Assembly: GCA_012295275.1 (NCBI GenBank)
Contig: CM022676.1
Location: 16,492,001-16,556,000 of the forward strand
Source: Chrysomallon squamiferum
Lineage: Eukaryota; Animalia; Mollusca
Direction of reading: 5' to 3'
Length of the DNA stretch: 64,000 nt
The position numbers were made by a program, and so were the translations under genes. Numbering within the stretch: the first letter of the stretch is position 1; each line of letters opens with the position of its first letter. The notes beneath the pieces are model-generated. The model saw only the letters and a list, made by a program, of their open reading frames with translations. It was not told the DNA's origin and made no database searches. Of this stretch, positions 14,490-28,362 are shown piece by piece.

Positions 14490-14590
14490 GACAGGAACTA
14501 GGATAAACATTGAGCTAACTGTGTCTGACAGAGGCAAAATGATTTGTTCAGTTTTTAAATATGTAACATGAATCTTTCCTTATTTTTAAA
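14490..14590 (+). pseudogene. Strongly decayed leader/promoter module (paralogous copy at about 59490-59570)
   Basis: gtgtctgacagaggcaaaatgatttgttcagtttttaaat matches the 5'UTR of the leader modules; no intact signal exon follows. Confidence 0.45.
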
Positions 14591-15985
14591 TAAATATACT
14601 TTTTGTAAGTACAGTGGTTTAATGTATATAATGTTTATTACAATACAAATTGCATTACACATACTCGATTTGATCATTCAGCAAACAAAATTTGGCGACC
14701 TAATGAGGTTCAAATCAACAGATTAAATTTCTCAGGAACAGTACAAGATACAGGGAATGCATAATGGAGAGACTTGTGTTTAAATAAAGTGTGATCAATG
14801 AACACAATTAATAACGTGAACTGAGAGAGAAAACTTTACAAAAATTCATTTTATTGTACAAAAAAGATAATATTAAAAATTTAAATAATTTAAAAATAAA
14901 GAAAAGACATATTAAAGCAAAAACGTAAAAGAAAAAAAAAAAAATGTGTCTGCAGCAATGTGTATGCGGATAGATATCGAATCCAACTCGCAGAATGTCG
15001 ACGAAATTTTTACTTAAACTGACGCAGTGACTGAGAGAAAATACAAGAGAAACAAGATGTAAATCATAACGAATGAATCCATAACGAGAATCGAGTGATA
15101 AGTTTAGATATAACAGATTTTTGTAATTATTGATTGATGTATTTATTTAGTTAGTTTAACGTATTCACCATGTTAATTTAAGTTTGCGGGTCGTATGTTT
15201 GCGAGAGCAGTTTTATGTGAACATTCGTTAAAAATTGACGAATTATGAAAATAAAATATTCAGTTGAAATAATATTATTAATTTCATTAATTTAGTTTTG
15301 CTTAAAAAATCCTGTTTTCAGAAACTTTTTTACTGTCGATGACAACACTTCCTTGTTTAATAGTGAGATGTTCGATGAAGTGTGGTTTCGTTTATCTGCC
15401 GTAAGAACGTTTGGTTTCTTTCTAAAAGTTAAGAATTCTGGATCGGCTTAATGGGCGATATTACGTATTAATATTACGTATTGTTCACCTCTTCCGTTCT
15501 GTGTCTAGGCGAGAAAACGAAATATTAAAAAGACACAATAGCTATATTTTGTTATCATAAATTTAATAATTTAATTTAAAACGTACTATAATAAGTCCTA
15601 TAAACATTAGTCATGTTCATACATGCAAATACACACATACATGCATACATATTTGAAAAGAAATATGTGTGCGTGTGTACATACATACGTACGCATAAGT
15701 ATCTATACTTAGTTATAAACAAATTGTTATTGATCTAAAACAAAAATAAATAGCCTTCGCACTACTTTCTATTCTGATTACTGAATCACTAAACTAAAAT
15801 ACTGAGAAAATGTCAAGTTTTTGAAGAGGAGAACTTAGACGTAAATAGGTATCCAGCTGTGCAAGAAATTAAATATACTTGAGAAAAAAGAAGAAATAAA
15901 GCATCTGTCTGAATTATTATTTCAGTAACTACATGTTTTTACATGGATGTATCAGTACATATGTAAGGTTTTCAGTGCATTTTAA

Positions 15986-16019
<34 letters not shown>

Positions 16020-17649
16020 TACTTTACTTTATTTTACGTTTATATATATATTTTTAATTTCTTAGTTTATGTTGTTCCAGATTACATTACATAATCTTGG
16101 CGATATATTCTATTATCATCTAAGCTGATTAAGTTATAAACAATTATATAATATCAGCTCGTTTATATTTGCATCATACAAAGTAAATTAGAATTGGAAA
16201 TTAAGATTTGTCTTTGGAATTATCCCATAGAAAAGCTTCCTCAGTATCTCTATTAACAGAGATGAGACAAAGGAGTTTGTGTTTTAAGGTATATACATCA
16301 CATGAACAAACTATGAACATCATAGCAATGCTTCTTAAAATTAAAATTAAATATCAATTTATGTAGGTAAGATAATATTAAAGATTACAAATTATTATAG
16401 ATTAAATTTATTTATTTTTTACATATTTCTCGTCTTGTTATGGAAGATCGCTCTGTTAAAACATTACCTAGAGATGATTTTAAAATGTTTATTTTTTATT
16501 TTTTTTTTTTCCAAATATATTTGTACTGTTGTTTTTTGTTTGGTGATGAAATAGCATGGACAGTATATCAAATTAACTCTCCTTCATTGTTATGTATGTC
16601 AGAAAAAAAATAGTGTGTCACTGATATATATATCGAAATATATGACTGTACCTAGATAAATGATAAATAGACTAAATATATTTTGCCTACTACCGAATTG
16701 TTTTATTTCATTTTGTCTGATCCACTATTAGGACAAGTCCACGGTGTCAAGATTCGGAACGTTTGATATCAAACCAACTGACCTGATTTTTAGAGGGGTG
16801 CTCCAGAATCTAGACCTTGTGTAAGAGATTGACAATGTCCAAATCTGTTTGATATAGGGAAAAATGACCAGGGATACACGTGGCTTGATGGATGATAGAA
16901 AACATGTGCATGAAGGATGTTACACGAAACGAGCATGAGAAAAAACAACAACAACAAAGCAAACGTTAACCTAATTTCAAATTGTCTGCATATTTTGTGA
17001 TTGTCAAATAAGCATTTACCATTTTCTTAAAAAATAATTTATTAATGGTTAATGTATATTGATGACAGCTTCGGAACACGTCTGTGTTGTTTAATTCACC
17101 AATAACATGATTCTTCGATAGTTACAAACTAATTATTTCCCTGTGCACAATATTCAAGACATTAAAGACGTTTATTCGCTGAAGAATTTATTAGAATTTA
17201 TTACTGAATCAGTATAGAAGTTCAGTACAAAATATCTGTAATTAAACATAATCACAGAATCAGACACACACAAACAGAACCACAGAAATGCATGCGCCCG
17301 TGCAATCACATTTAGACACATTCACGGAGGTATATACGTGTCTCAAATATATATAATGACAAACGATTTGGAATAAATAAATACAGATCGATATATAAAT
17401 CAAGATGAATAGAAAGACAGGTAGACAGACTCTACAAAAAAAGGTTTTTTTCACTGTTCTTGATAACAATACTTTTTTACCTCATCTGTCATACGTTCCA
17501 TTCCAGCTACTAAGAACAAACATGCGTACGATTACAAAATAAAATTCGTCAGTCAACATCAAATGTACATCAGGCTAGGAACGAGGATCTGAATTAAAGT
17601 AGTTGTGTTTGTTGGAGACAGACTGATGTGGTCAGTTTTTGATTAAGAA

Positions 17650-17705
17650 ATGTCGTTTTTTGGCATATGTATGACTTTATATTGTTATACCCACAGTCAT
17701 TTCAG
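17650..17705 (+). pseudogene. Disabled leader exon L4 (56 nt, frameshifted; TGA in the ancestral frame)
   Basis: gaaATGTCG...ATTGTTATACCCACAGTCATTTCAG|gtatgt is 2 nt shorter than L1/L3. Confidence 0.7.
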
Positions 17706-19009
17706 GTATGTCATACTATTTTTTATCTATATAGTTATTAAGAGTGAAATAATCGATTTTTATAATAATAACAAAAAACCTGAATCAGTGAGGCATCGAA
17801 TTACAATGATCGTGAACTGAATAATGGATAAGTCTGCATCGACAAAAGATTCACAGAAAAAAGTATGTATGTTAAATGATATCGGTATCATAGGCTTAAT
17901 ATTATTCACTCTCCAATTTTGAGATTTTGGCATAAATGGGCATAATTGCCACTATATTCAGATTGATAGCTTGCTAATGAGTAGATAAATTCTGATGAAA
18001 ATGTTTTTTTCGAAAGATAATTTGGTGAGGATTCTGTATGTGCTACTAGGTGGAACTACATTTTGGAATATTTTCACCTTTTGTTTGATGTTGAAATGAC
18101 CTTAAGTGAAAATTAAAGTTCAAGGTGTTACCTTCAACGCAGGATGTACTATTTGGAGTTTAGAAGTAAAATGCACTTAAAATGGATATGCTGACCACAA
18201 AATGTCCATTTTCACAGATTTAGAGATGAAATATAACAGAAATGCACTAGGCCGTAATACGGTTAAAAACCGAAGAACCGTGACTTGTAAGATATGTGAC
18301 TTCAGACACGTTTTCACGAGCAGACGATGTTTTTGTTAACGAGATTATTACACTGAAAAAAACAACTAAATCAAACAGAAAGTTTTCATTCGGAAAGAGT
18401 TCAACGACAATAAAACAGTTTAAAGAGATTATAATTATATGACGTATTTACTATTATTATTTTCATTTTAATTAGTATTGTTGTTGCTGTGGTCCTTGAT
18501 GCTGATATAAAAATACGGGAAGTAAACATTTCTCATTTGACATTTTGGTATCTATATTATTATTATTATTATTTTTTTTTTTTTTTTCCTGTTTGGGCTT
18601 ATGGACCCTAAGGCATGTTTATATTTTCTTGTTTATCTCTATTTAAATATAGTTTGTGATATGTTGTAGTCTGTTGTTTCTTGCTTCAGTGGAACGATAC
18701 ATTCCTGTTAACTGTGAGTTACCCACTGTACTCTGTATCTTAGTTTGTTTGTGATAGTGTTTGTTAACGTCCAGCACAGATAGCAGTTTGTAATAAATTA
18801 TTTACACACATTTAGCTGTTGCGGTATAAGTAATGAACTGTCGTTGTCTGACCTAAACAACAAACATTCAATTGATAAAAAAAAAATCACATCTATACTG
18901 CCTGAAACGCAGCCATTAATACGTGAACAATTTTCCATGTGGACGTAACTAAAACTGTGCTTTATATTCTGAATAATTGTGATTGTCACCAGAAAGGACC
19001 AGCATGCTC

Positions 19010-19047
<38 letters not shown>

Positions 19048-19724
19048 GCAGTAGTAGTAGAGTAGTAGCAGTAGTATTAGTAGTATTGTTTTGTTTTTTT
19101 TTTTTTAGTTTTGTAAGTGTGGACTTCTTGACCCTAAGACATATTTGTATTTTCTTGATTATCTCTATATTATAATGTTTGTTATATGTTGTAGTTTGTT
19201 GTTTCTTGGTTCAGTGAAAGGATACATTCCTGTTAAGTGTGAGTTGCTCCACTGTACTCTGTATCTTAGTTTATGTTTGATAGTGTTTGTTGACGTCCAG
19301 CAGAGCGAGAAGTTTGAGTGATTCAGGAAAATATTTCTAAAACCAGTTTGTAATAAACTACTGGCAAACATCTAGCTGTGGCGGTAGCAGTAATGAATTA
19401 TTGCTACCTGACCTAAATAGGAAACATTCAGCTGCTGGAAAAAGTAATCTATATACTACCGCAAACGAGCCATTAATAGTTACACAGTTTACAGCCGATA
19501 AAACATTTTAAACTTATTTTCTAATAGAATATAATAATTTTCTCAGAGATTTTAAACTTGTACATTAACGGTTTTGTATATTGACCAGGGCGTGAAATAA
19601 CTAAAACTGTGCTTTAGATCTGAATAATTGTGATTATCTTTAACAAAGGACGATTACACACTAGTATTATTGTTGTTGTTGTTGTTACTATCATTATGAA
19701 TATTATTATTATTATCATTATGAA

Positions 19725-19836
<112 letters not shown>

Positions 19837-22800
19837 TGACGTTCACGGTAAACAAAGGGAAACCTTAGAACAACGATTTGCTATTTAATTTTCTGAAATA
19901 CTTTTTACCTCCGTCTCTGCTCACAATTTCAATTTCGTATGAATGTGCTTCACACAATTTTCATATCGCATGTTTCACTGGTGTGTTGATAAACGTTGTT
20001 CAGTCCTGTGTAATAGTAACTGAGAAAGAGGAAGAAGATGAAGAAGTTAACTTTCAAAGATTTAAATGTATCTGATTATCTGTATTGTTGTTGTTGTTAT
20101 TAGTAGTAGTATTTTTATTAGTGGTATAATTAGTAGTAGTATTAGCAGTAGTAGTAGTTGTTGTTGTTGTATTGTTGCTTTTGCTGTTGCTGCTGTCTTT
20201 ATCCTTGTTATTGTTATTGAGCAGTTACTATTATTTGTCATCTCACAAATGTTGATAAACGTAAATTATTTCTTTCTTTTACTATCTTTTCCACACTTTT
20301 GTGCAGACTCTGTGTTACCAGAGAATCTGCCAGATCGTCGTAAATAACACCCGAGTACACGTTTGTTCTCGTGTGACACACTATTTTTAATCTGACCTAC
20401 ATAAGAAAAGAAACACGCACTGGCTATAGTGCTACTGCGAATATCACTTGAACCTCATTAAACTGTTCATGGAAATATCTGAAATACGAAAGGAACAGTT
20501 TGAAGCTGGCGTTACGTATGTTGTAACGTTATGACAAAACAATAACAAAACGACTCAGTCTCAAACTAATTAACATTAATCTACAACAGTCATTAGCAAA
20601 AGTGAGATAGGAGCACGTTGAGTCATGGGTCAAGTTAGTCCATCTAAAAAATACCCGTGCAGAAATTATTTACTTTCCTATTTTGAGTTCTTATTGTTTT
20701 AGATTAACCAGATATGTCGCTTTCGAACACAATTTTCCCAGAATGCCATCTGTTCGATTATAAGAAGCTAAGACAATTGGCCTCCTACCTTGCTGAACAA
20801 AATGAAAAGACATTTCCAACTACATGGGGGAACTTGGGATGGAAATCATCAACATTTGTTTTATTAGAGGCTTTAACTCTGGCTATGATTGTATATTCTT
20901 GTTTTTTAGTTATTTATCTTATGTGTAATTATTATTAATTGTTTCACCTTTGTAAGTAGGGAAGAAATAAAATAAATTAAAGTGAAATAAAATAATTGAA
21001 TAAAACAATATAAGAATAAGTAAATAAATATAGTATTAAAAGTGATAATTAGAAATTACCAATAATCACTTAAAAACTATCACAAATCAGGATATTTCAA
21101 ATATTAGTAATTATTTGAAATAACGAAATTTTGTTTTAAACGACTATGAGTGCTTGTTTTCCGATTATACAGAATCATCAGTACCTTTAATTACGAAACG
21201 AACCAGTTTCCACACGAAAATAATCAGAACAAAATTATAATTCTCATCAGTCCCGATTTTATTCACTTATAAACGGCCTTTCAAAAATGTGTTAGACAAG
21301 TGCATACGACTGTTGTATGTTTTGGATAGACAAACAGTCGATACATTTTAATATAATTAATGTCTGGCTACTCTGTTACTATTATTATCAACTTATCTGT
21401 TACTTATTGCGACAAACAATCGCTGCAAATAACATTTTTAATTTTCTCTATATGTCCCTTTATGAATTGTGAAGCAGTTTATTGAACTACATCATGGCAG
21501 AAAGTGTGTAATAAACTGCTGGCATACATCTAGATGTTTCGGTAGCAGTAATGAAATATTAATGCCAAATAAGAAACATTCATTTGTTACAAATTTCATC
21601 TTTATACGGAGAAAAAAAAACGAGCTATGAAAATGCAAACAGATCTCAGACGACAGAACAGTTATTTTATCGATTTCTAAACTGTTCGGAAGTGTGATGT
21701 TCGATCACGTGTCTTTGCTATTTCCTGCCGTCAGAATGTCTGATATCAGCTCACAATTCTGGCGAACCTGATTAAGATTTTTAGGTCGGCTTAATGGACG
21801 ATACTACGATGTTAAGTCATTTTGGTTCACCTGTAAAATATTTCTGAAAGGTGTTTGTAGGCGAGAAAAAATGTGAAAACATAATCAAATATTAAAATGA
21901 CACATTAGCTACACATTTCAATATTTTTGTTTAATAATTACTATTGTCATCCATATAGACACTACTCTCATTCACACATGCATGTACATAGAAATATACA
22001 TACATATATACATAGATAGATATCTATATACATAAATGCATGCAAACATACATACATATGCATAAACATGCATATTTACTTACGTACATACATACATACG
22101 TAACACATACATATGTACATTAATATAAATATACGCAGAAAAGTGCAAGCATGAACGACTTTTACATATTGAAACAAAAAAAATTTGTTTTGCTAAATTG
22201 AATTTATGATGACTTTTAAATATTCAGTGTGATGCGATGTGTGATTGTCTGAGTGAAAACGTTTCAGTTTTTAACTTCCAGGTCATGCGCTGTTTGATCA
22301 GTAATTAAAAATGTTTTATTTACGTTCCCAGTCTCAAACTATTCCTGAAAAGCTTAATTTTCAACAGAATTGTTTGATTCCAGCTGCTGTTGAGTAAATT
22401 TAGGTCGCTTGTCGGCGAAGAAATATTTTAGAGAAAATAAATAAATAAATAAAATAAAATCATTCTTAGTTAAATACTTTATATTCTGTGTTAATTCAAG
22501 AACTAATAAAGCTAAACTTAAATACTTGACACATTAATCACTTTTAATTAATGCAGTTATAAAGTTGAATTTCTGGTCCTGTCAATCATAATAATTATTA
22601 ATTATGCACAATATTTATGAAAAATTAAAAAGAAAATTATATATAAAAAAATATTATTTCTATCAAATAAGAAAACATGTCCCTACCTTCTATTATGATT
22701 ATATTTTAAACTAAAAAAAAATAATTTAAAAACAAAATGAATTCTTACTTCAAACGATTTATACTGTGTGTTTATTCAAGCACTAATAAAGACAAACTTG

Positions 22801-23046
22801 AATCTTAGAGAACGGAATAATAATAGTTAATAAATACAATTATAAAGTTGAATTATCTGATCCTGTTTAACACAATAATTGTCAAATATATACAATATTA
22901 CAATGACAAAAACAGATTATCGGTATTTTCCTTTAACAAATATTCTTGCAAATGAAAAATATCATATTTCTGTATATATAGTTTTCTTTCTGAAGAAATT
23001 GCACTATTATAATTGACTGTCTTATATAAACCTGTTATTATTTCAG

Positions 23047-23191
23047 TACCAGTACGATTAGTGAATGGAAGAGGAATACCAACACAAGGTCGAGTTGAGA
23101 TTCAAGTAAACGGGACCTGGGGAACAATCTGTAGCAGTAGATTTGACAAAAAAGATGCTGGTGTTCTCTGTTCAATGTTGGGATTTAGTCG
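23047..23191 (+). CDS. Gene B SRCR1 exon a ([48 protein letters not shown])
   Basis: RLVNG..GRVEI..WGTIC SRCR signature; tttcag/gtaaaa; 145 nt, phase 1-2. Confidence 0.95.
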
Positions 23192-23351
23192 GTAAAAGAA
23201 AACAAATCTTTTGTACAATATTCCGTTTTACGAACGTATTATTGACTACTGCTTCTGTTCCTGCTGCTACTACTACTACTACAAATAGTACTTCTACTAC
23301 TACTACTACTACTGGGGCTACTAATTCTACTACTACTACTATATTAATCAG

Positions 23352-23470
23352 CCATTTGATCTGTGTCAGAGGTGTGTGTCTGACAATATAACTGTAGATA
23401 TTTCTGATAATCTGTGGTGAACGTTTTCACACAAGAGATGCTACTGTTCTCTGTTCAGTGATGACATTTT
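23352..23470 (+). pseudogene. Relic SRCR a-half exon in the intron (ICGERFHTRDATVLCSVMTF)
   Basis: Recognisable SRCR residues from 23410; the 5' part is disrupted by TGA and no clear donor is present. Confidence 0.7.
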
Positions 23471-24110
23471 GTGTCCGAAGTCGATGTTACTGTGTAACTG
23501 TTAACATTTCTCTATCAACTAACCAGTTGGTTTAAAATAATGACAAGTTTTTAATGTAAATTCTCCTTTTTCAAAAATACATTTATCATACATGCAACCT
23601 GCTTGATATCTGCAAATATTAGAGTAATCAAAATTAGTTTATTCTGTAATACTTTATTATTTTTATCTCTGATACTTATGTAAAGGATACTCCAAAACAC
23701 AGTTTTAATTAAGAAACAAAATGATCGATGGACAGGTTTCTTCCTACTTAAGAGGTTAACATTAAAACCTTTGCCTTTTTTGTGATTATAAAAGAGGAAA
23801 CAGTTTCCGTTATACTCTAACGCTTCAGCCGGTAAAAAACTGAAGAAAAATAAAAAAAAAAAATAAGCATACTTAGTGAAGTTCTTACAGCCAAGAATAT
23901 ATATTTGTTCACTCGCTATTTTGCCTTAAATAAATACCAGTCCAATAAAATAACTTAATAAGATAGATTCCGTCATTCTTCATTATCTAACAAATACTCG
24001 TTTCATTACAGCCTGATTCTAAAATATAAACTATCGAAATTTAATTGTGTTAAAATGCTTTCTTTAATAGATGATCAGCAATGTATCATGTTTTATCTGA
24101 TATATTTCAG

Positions 24111-24286
24111 TGACGGAGCAAAGACCTTCACAAGTTATCCATCATACTTTGGAGAAGGTAGAGGTCCAATATGGTTAGATACACTTCAGTGTGAAGGAAA
24201 TGAAGCATCTGTTGAACAGTGTAGTTTTGGTGCTTGGAGAAACAATCTATGTAGGCACAGTAACGATGTTGGGATACGTTGTCAAG
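24111..24286 (+). CDS. Gene B SRCR1 exon b (DGAKTF...FGEGRGPIWLDTLQCEGNE...CRHSNDVGIRCQ)
   Basis: FG.G.GPIWLD..C.G.E motif, 4 Cys; 176 nt, phase 2-1. Confidence 0.95.
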
Positions 24287-24594
24287 GTTCGTTACATAGA
24301 AGTCTAATATTTGTTGTATTTGTGTTTATTTGCGTCAGTATTGAGAAAAATCAACAAAATCGTTTTAATCGTTTTCCAAAGTAACCAAATCAAACCAAAG
24401 AATGAAAATATTCAAACACACAAACAGTAAAATAACGGCAGAACGACCCATACTTTTTTTTTTCTTCATTTTTGCTTATATAGTTTAAAAAATAAAGTGT
24501 CGCGAAAATAAGAAAAAAGTACACGGGTCTGTATAAGCAAAGGATTCTGTCAGTTTCAGAACACTAAAGTGAAACCTGTTATCATTTATTTCAG

Positions 24595-24739
24595 TATCTC
24601 TCAGACTAGTCAATGGTGGAGGTATTGAAACACAGGGTCGAGTTGAGATCAAACTTAACGATACATGGGGAACTGTCTGTGGTGACAAATTTGACGACAC
24701 AGAAGCAGGATTTATCTGCAGACTTTTAGGATTCAGTCC
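24595..24739 (+). CDS. Gene B SRCR2 exon a ([48 protein letters not shown])
   Basis: SRCR motif; tttcag/gtaaga; 145 nt. Confidence 0.95.
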
Positions 24740-24936
24740 GTAAGAATGTTTTAACTTTAGTAAAACTGGACAATTTAAAAACAGTAATAACATATCAGCA
24801 CGTTTAAATTTCTGACATACAAAGTAAATTGAAATTGGAAATTACGATTTGCGTTTATATTTACCCCGTAGTACCGTTCAATCAATATTTGTATAAACTA
24901 AGATCAGAGAACTCAGTTGTGTTTTGTAAATCCTAG

Positions 24937-25112
24937 ATTCAACGCAAAGACGTATAAGAATGCTCACTTTGGAGAAGGAACAGGACCAGTGTGGGTTGAT
25001 GATGTTAACTGTGTTCAAGATGAACATGGAGTGAATCACTGCTCTTTCTCTGACTGGGGTAAAAAAAACTGTAGTCATAAACAGGATTTGGGAATAAGCT
25101 GCATGCCTCAGA
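24937..25112 (+). CDS. Gene B SRCR2 exon b (FNAKTYKNAHFGEGTGPVWVDDVNC...CSHKQDLGISCMPQ)
   Basis: SRCR motif; cctag/gtatgt; 176 nt. Confidence 0.95.
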
Positions 25113-25761
25113 GTATGTTGTTTTTGTTTTGTTTGTTTAGTTGTATTATCTTTCCTTGCATTATTTAAAGGTGTACTTAAATTACAAGGAAAACGTTCAA
25201 TATAAAATGTCAAATTCAAAATGGAAGAACCACATGTGCTAGAAGTATGCGCTGTACTTTTCATATTCTTCGATTTATAAAACAACGCGGCGTGATATAG
25301 TTCATGCTCTCTCTGTCTGTTTGTTTGGCTTATCGATATCAGAAATAAAACTTAACTTTATAAATATGGTTTCCTATTTATGTATCTCTTAATGGAAGGA
25401 CTGAAGTTATTCGTCTTTCCATGGTATTGATATCGCATGATAATATTAATTATGTAGATGTACAAAGACAACATTAATTTCGAACCGGATCGTTAAAAAT
25501 ACAAATGAAATTTAGTAACGTGAACAAATTATCACCATCCGAATTCCGGTTGCCATGTACAAGTTTAAACGTAAATACATGGCTACATCTTGACACCATA
25601 CGTACATACAAAGAAACACACACACACAAATGCACACACAAACTTATATTCGTATGTATAAATCTGGAAAAAAATGTTCTTCTAAAATGTTAGTGATGGA
25701 TTCTTTATCAAGATATTTGTATAAAAAAATGTGTTTTGATCGTTTCTTGAACTGATTTCAG

Positions 25762-25906
25762 TTTCTGTTCGATTGGTCAACGGAAGAGGAATTGCAACAC
25801 GAGGCAGACTTGAAATAGAAAACAACGGGACATGGGGAACTGTCTGTGATAATGAATTTGACGACAGAGATGCTTCTGTCATCTGTTACATGCTGGGTTT
25901 CAGTCG
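25762..25906 (+). CDS. Gene B SRCR3 exon a ([48 protein letters not shown])
   Basis: SRCR motif; tttcag/gtaaat; 145 nt. Confidence 0.95.
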
Positions 25907-25929
25907 GTAAATAAATCTTTTCCTAAGTC

Positions 25930-25998
<69 letters not shown>

Positions 25999-26468
25999 TT
26001 AGCAGAAGAATGTTATATGGTTAATATATACTTTATTTTATAACCTTTTTCATTACTTAAATGATTGTTATACGTTCACGTACAATTCGAATTATATGAG
26101 ATAATATTGTTGTGGTTTCTCTTTACGTATCAAGTGATACTGGCAATTATATTGCTGCACATTACGTTATTGTTGTATATAAATCTTGTACAATAATATA
26201 AATGTTCACTTAGGAAACTCTAAAATTAGTATACAGTCTATTAATAAATTTGTGATGGAAAAGTACGGGTTCGAAAAGAAGTGAATTATGAAGCATAAAT
26301 ATTTATAAATTATTTTTTAAACGCATTAACCAAAATTTACAGAAAACGATTCGGGTATAAATTATTGTTTTGGGTTATTTCCCTTTTATTTTTTATTTTT
26401 ATTTTATTTTTTTGCCGGGAAGACTACTCCCTTTATAACATCAGGAATACGCCTTATCATTCTATTTT

Positions 26469-26524
<56 letters not shown>

Positions 26525-26608
26525 TTTATAAATTATAAGTTCCTGAGTAACATCGGGAATAAGCATTATTACTATATTCTGTAAACTAATTATTAACATT
26601 AATTTCAG

Positions 26609-26784
26609 TTTTGAAGCAAAATTCTATACAGCATCTCAATTTGGACAAGGCAGTGGACCTATCTGGCTTGATGGACTCGACTGTAAGGGAGATGAAGAAC
26701 GTGTAGACTATTGTTCATTCTCTACTTGGGGTGAAAACAACTGTAGTCATAATCAAGACGTGGGAATCGCCTGTTTGAATCGTT
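26609..26784 (+). CDS. Gene B SRCR3 exon b (FEAKFYTASQFGQGSGPIWLDGLDC...CSHNQDVGIACLNR)
   Basis: SRCR motif; tttcag/gtaagt; 176 nt. Confidence 0.95.
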
Positions 26785-27002
26785 GTAAGTAGTGACATGT
26801 AGCATTAGTAAAATTAATGACAACAAAATATTTAGTGAACAAACGAGATGTGCGAAATCTAGGAGATGTAACAAAACAAATCTGAAGATTTATGTTAATT
26901 AGGATGTCGTGTCTGTTCTTGTAATTGATGTATTTTCCATGTGTGACGACATCATGGTTCATATGATAATAAGACAATATTAAGAAATGGTTAAAAACAT
27001 AT

Positions 27003-28266
27003 TGTGACGGAGACGACATTCTCCTTTTTATTATGTAACGCGTGAGAATTATATAAGCTATCTGCGACGTACACAGTAGTTTCCTGTTTAATACATAATC
27101 AATATTAGATTTCCTCAGAAATTTTATAAGCTATAGTGAGATGTTCTTTTGGGAACAAAACGACGCCTCCATGTCTTCTAAAGTTCCAAAGAGTCTCGGC
27201 AGTACTCCCGGGGTAAGAATGTTAAGAAACATCCGATGTGTTTTCGTTGACAGAAAGAGGAAGATCAGTTTAACATCGTACAGGACAGACGTGCGAGCTA
27301 ACTGTCAGCTGGATAGTTATATAGATCCAACTGACTGAGCTAACTTTAAATTTCCACGGTTCTGTTTAAGTAACTGAAAGGCAGTTTGGTGTTTACTTTC
27401 TAACAATGTTCAATTTAAATACATACATACATACATATATATGAACTGAAGTAGTATAACCACTATTTTGGAGAATAGCTGGTAATCTGAGATCAGACTG
27501 TTAATATCTCTAAAACAGTGGGTGAAGAATAGTCGGAATCTGATGTGCTATTTTCCCTTGAGGGTTTAACATATTTAACGTGTCTGATGTGTTCACTTAT
27601 GTAATTTTGTGCCATAAAAATGTTTGTTGTGTTTCTAGTGATTGAACGTTGGCTGAATATAAATACTTATATAGCCTTGTTTCCTGAATACCCTTGGAGC
27701 CAAGCCAATACAGTGCGATATCCATGTATAGTTGCTACTGTTTTGAAGGAAGAGTTTTAATTCAGGAAGTTATAATTTGAATACGTGACGACGGTGCTAA
27801 TTTCAGATCACATTTGACTGCGTCATACTACATTGTTGTACCTATTGTAATGTTTCGGCCTTCGCCCTAGATTTGAAACGGAGACGAATCGTAAATACAA
27901 TTTTGTTGCAATTGTGAGCTTTATAAATGATATTGCAATATTTCTAGGTATTGTCACTGTTGTTCACAAGAAAACCAATCAGTTCTCTAGAATATCTTAA
28001 CGTGAAACAAAATGGATCCGTGTTGGATGAGCGTTGGATCCGTTCATATCAGTTCAAACAAAGCGCTCCGAATAACAAAACCTTCTTCAATTAGCATCCA
28101 ACAGACAATTGACCTCGACGAGGCAAAACCAGAAGGAGAAATTCGTGAACGGATTATAAATGAGGTTATACAGGTAGTTCTATTCCTCAGACAGATTGCT
28201 GAGAATTAAGCGTACACCAACAGTTAGCTTTAAAAGAATTAAAATTTGAAAGCGATCAAAGAACAT

Positions 28267-28362
<96 letters not shown>

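Noticed and set aside
22282-22300. Possible micro-exon after a conserved ttccag acceptor (GHALFD; paralog at 63540)
   Set aside because: The nearby GT donors I checked give phase 2, incompatible with phase-1 SRCR1a, and lengths differ between copies; cannot be supported without RNA data.
24485-25285. Minus-strand ORFs of 102-164 aa over the SRCR exons (also 31458-32444)
   Set aside because: Antisense shadows of SRCR exons; they recur only because the region is duplicated.
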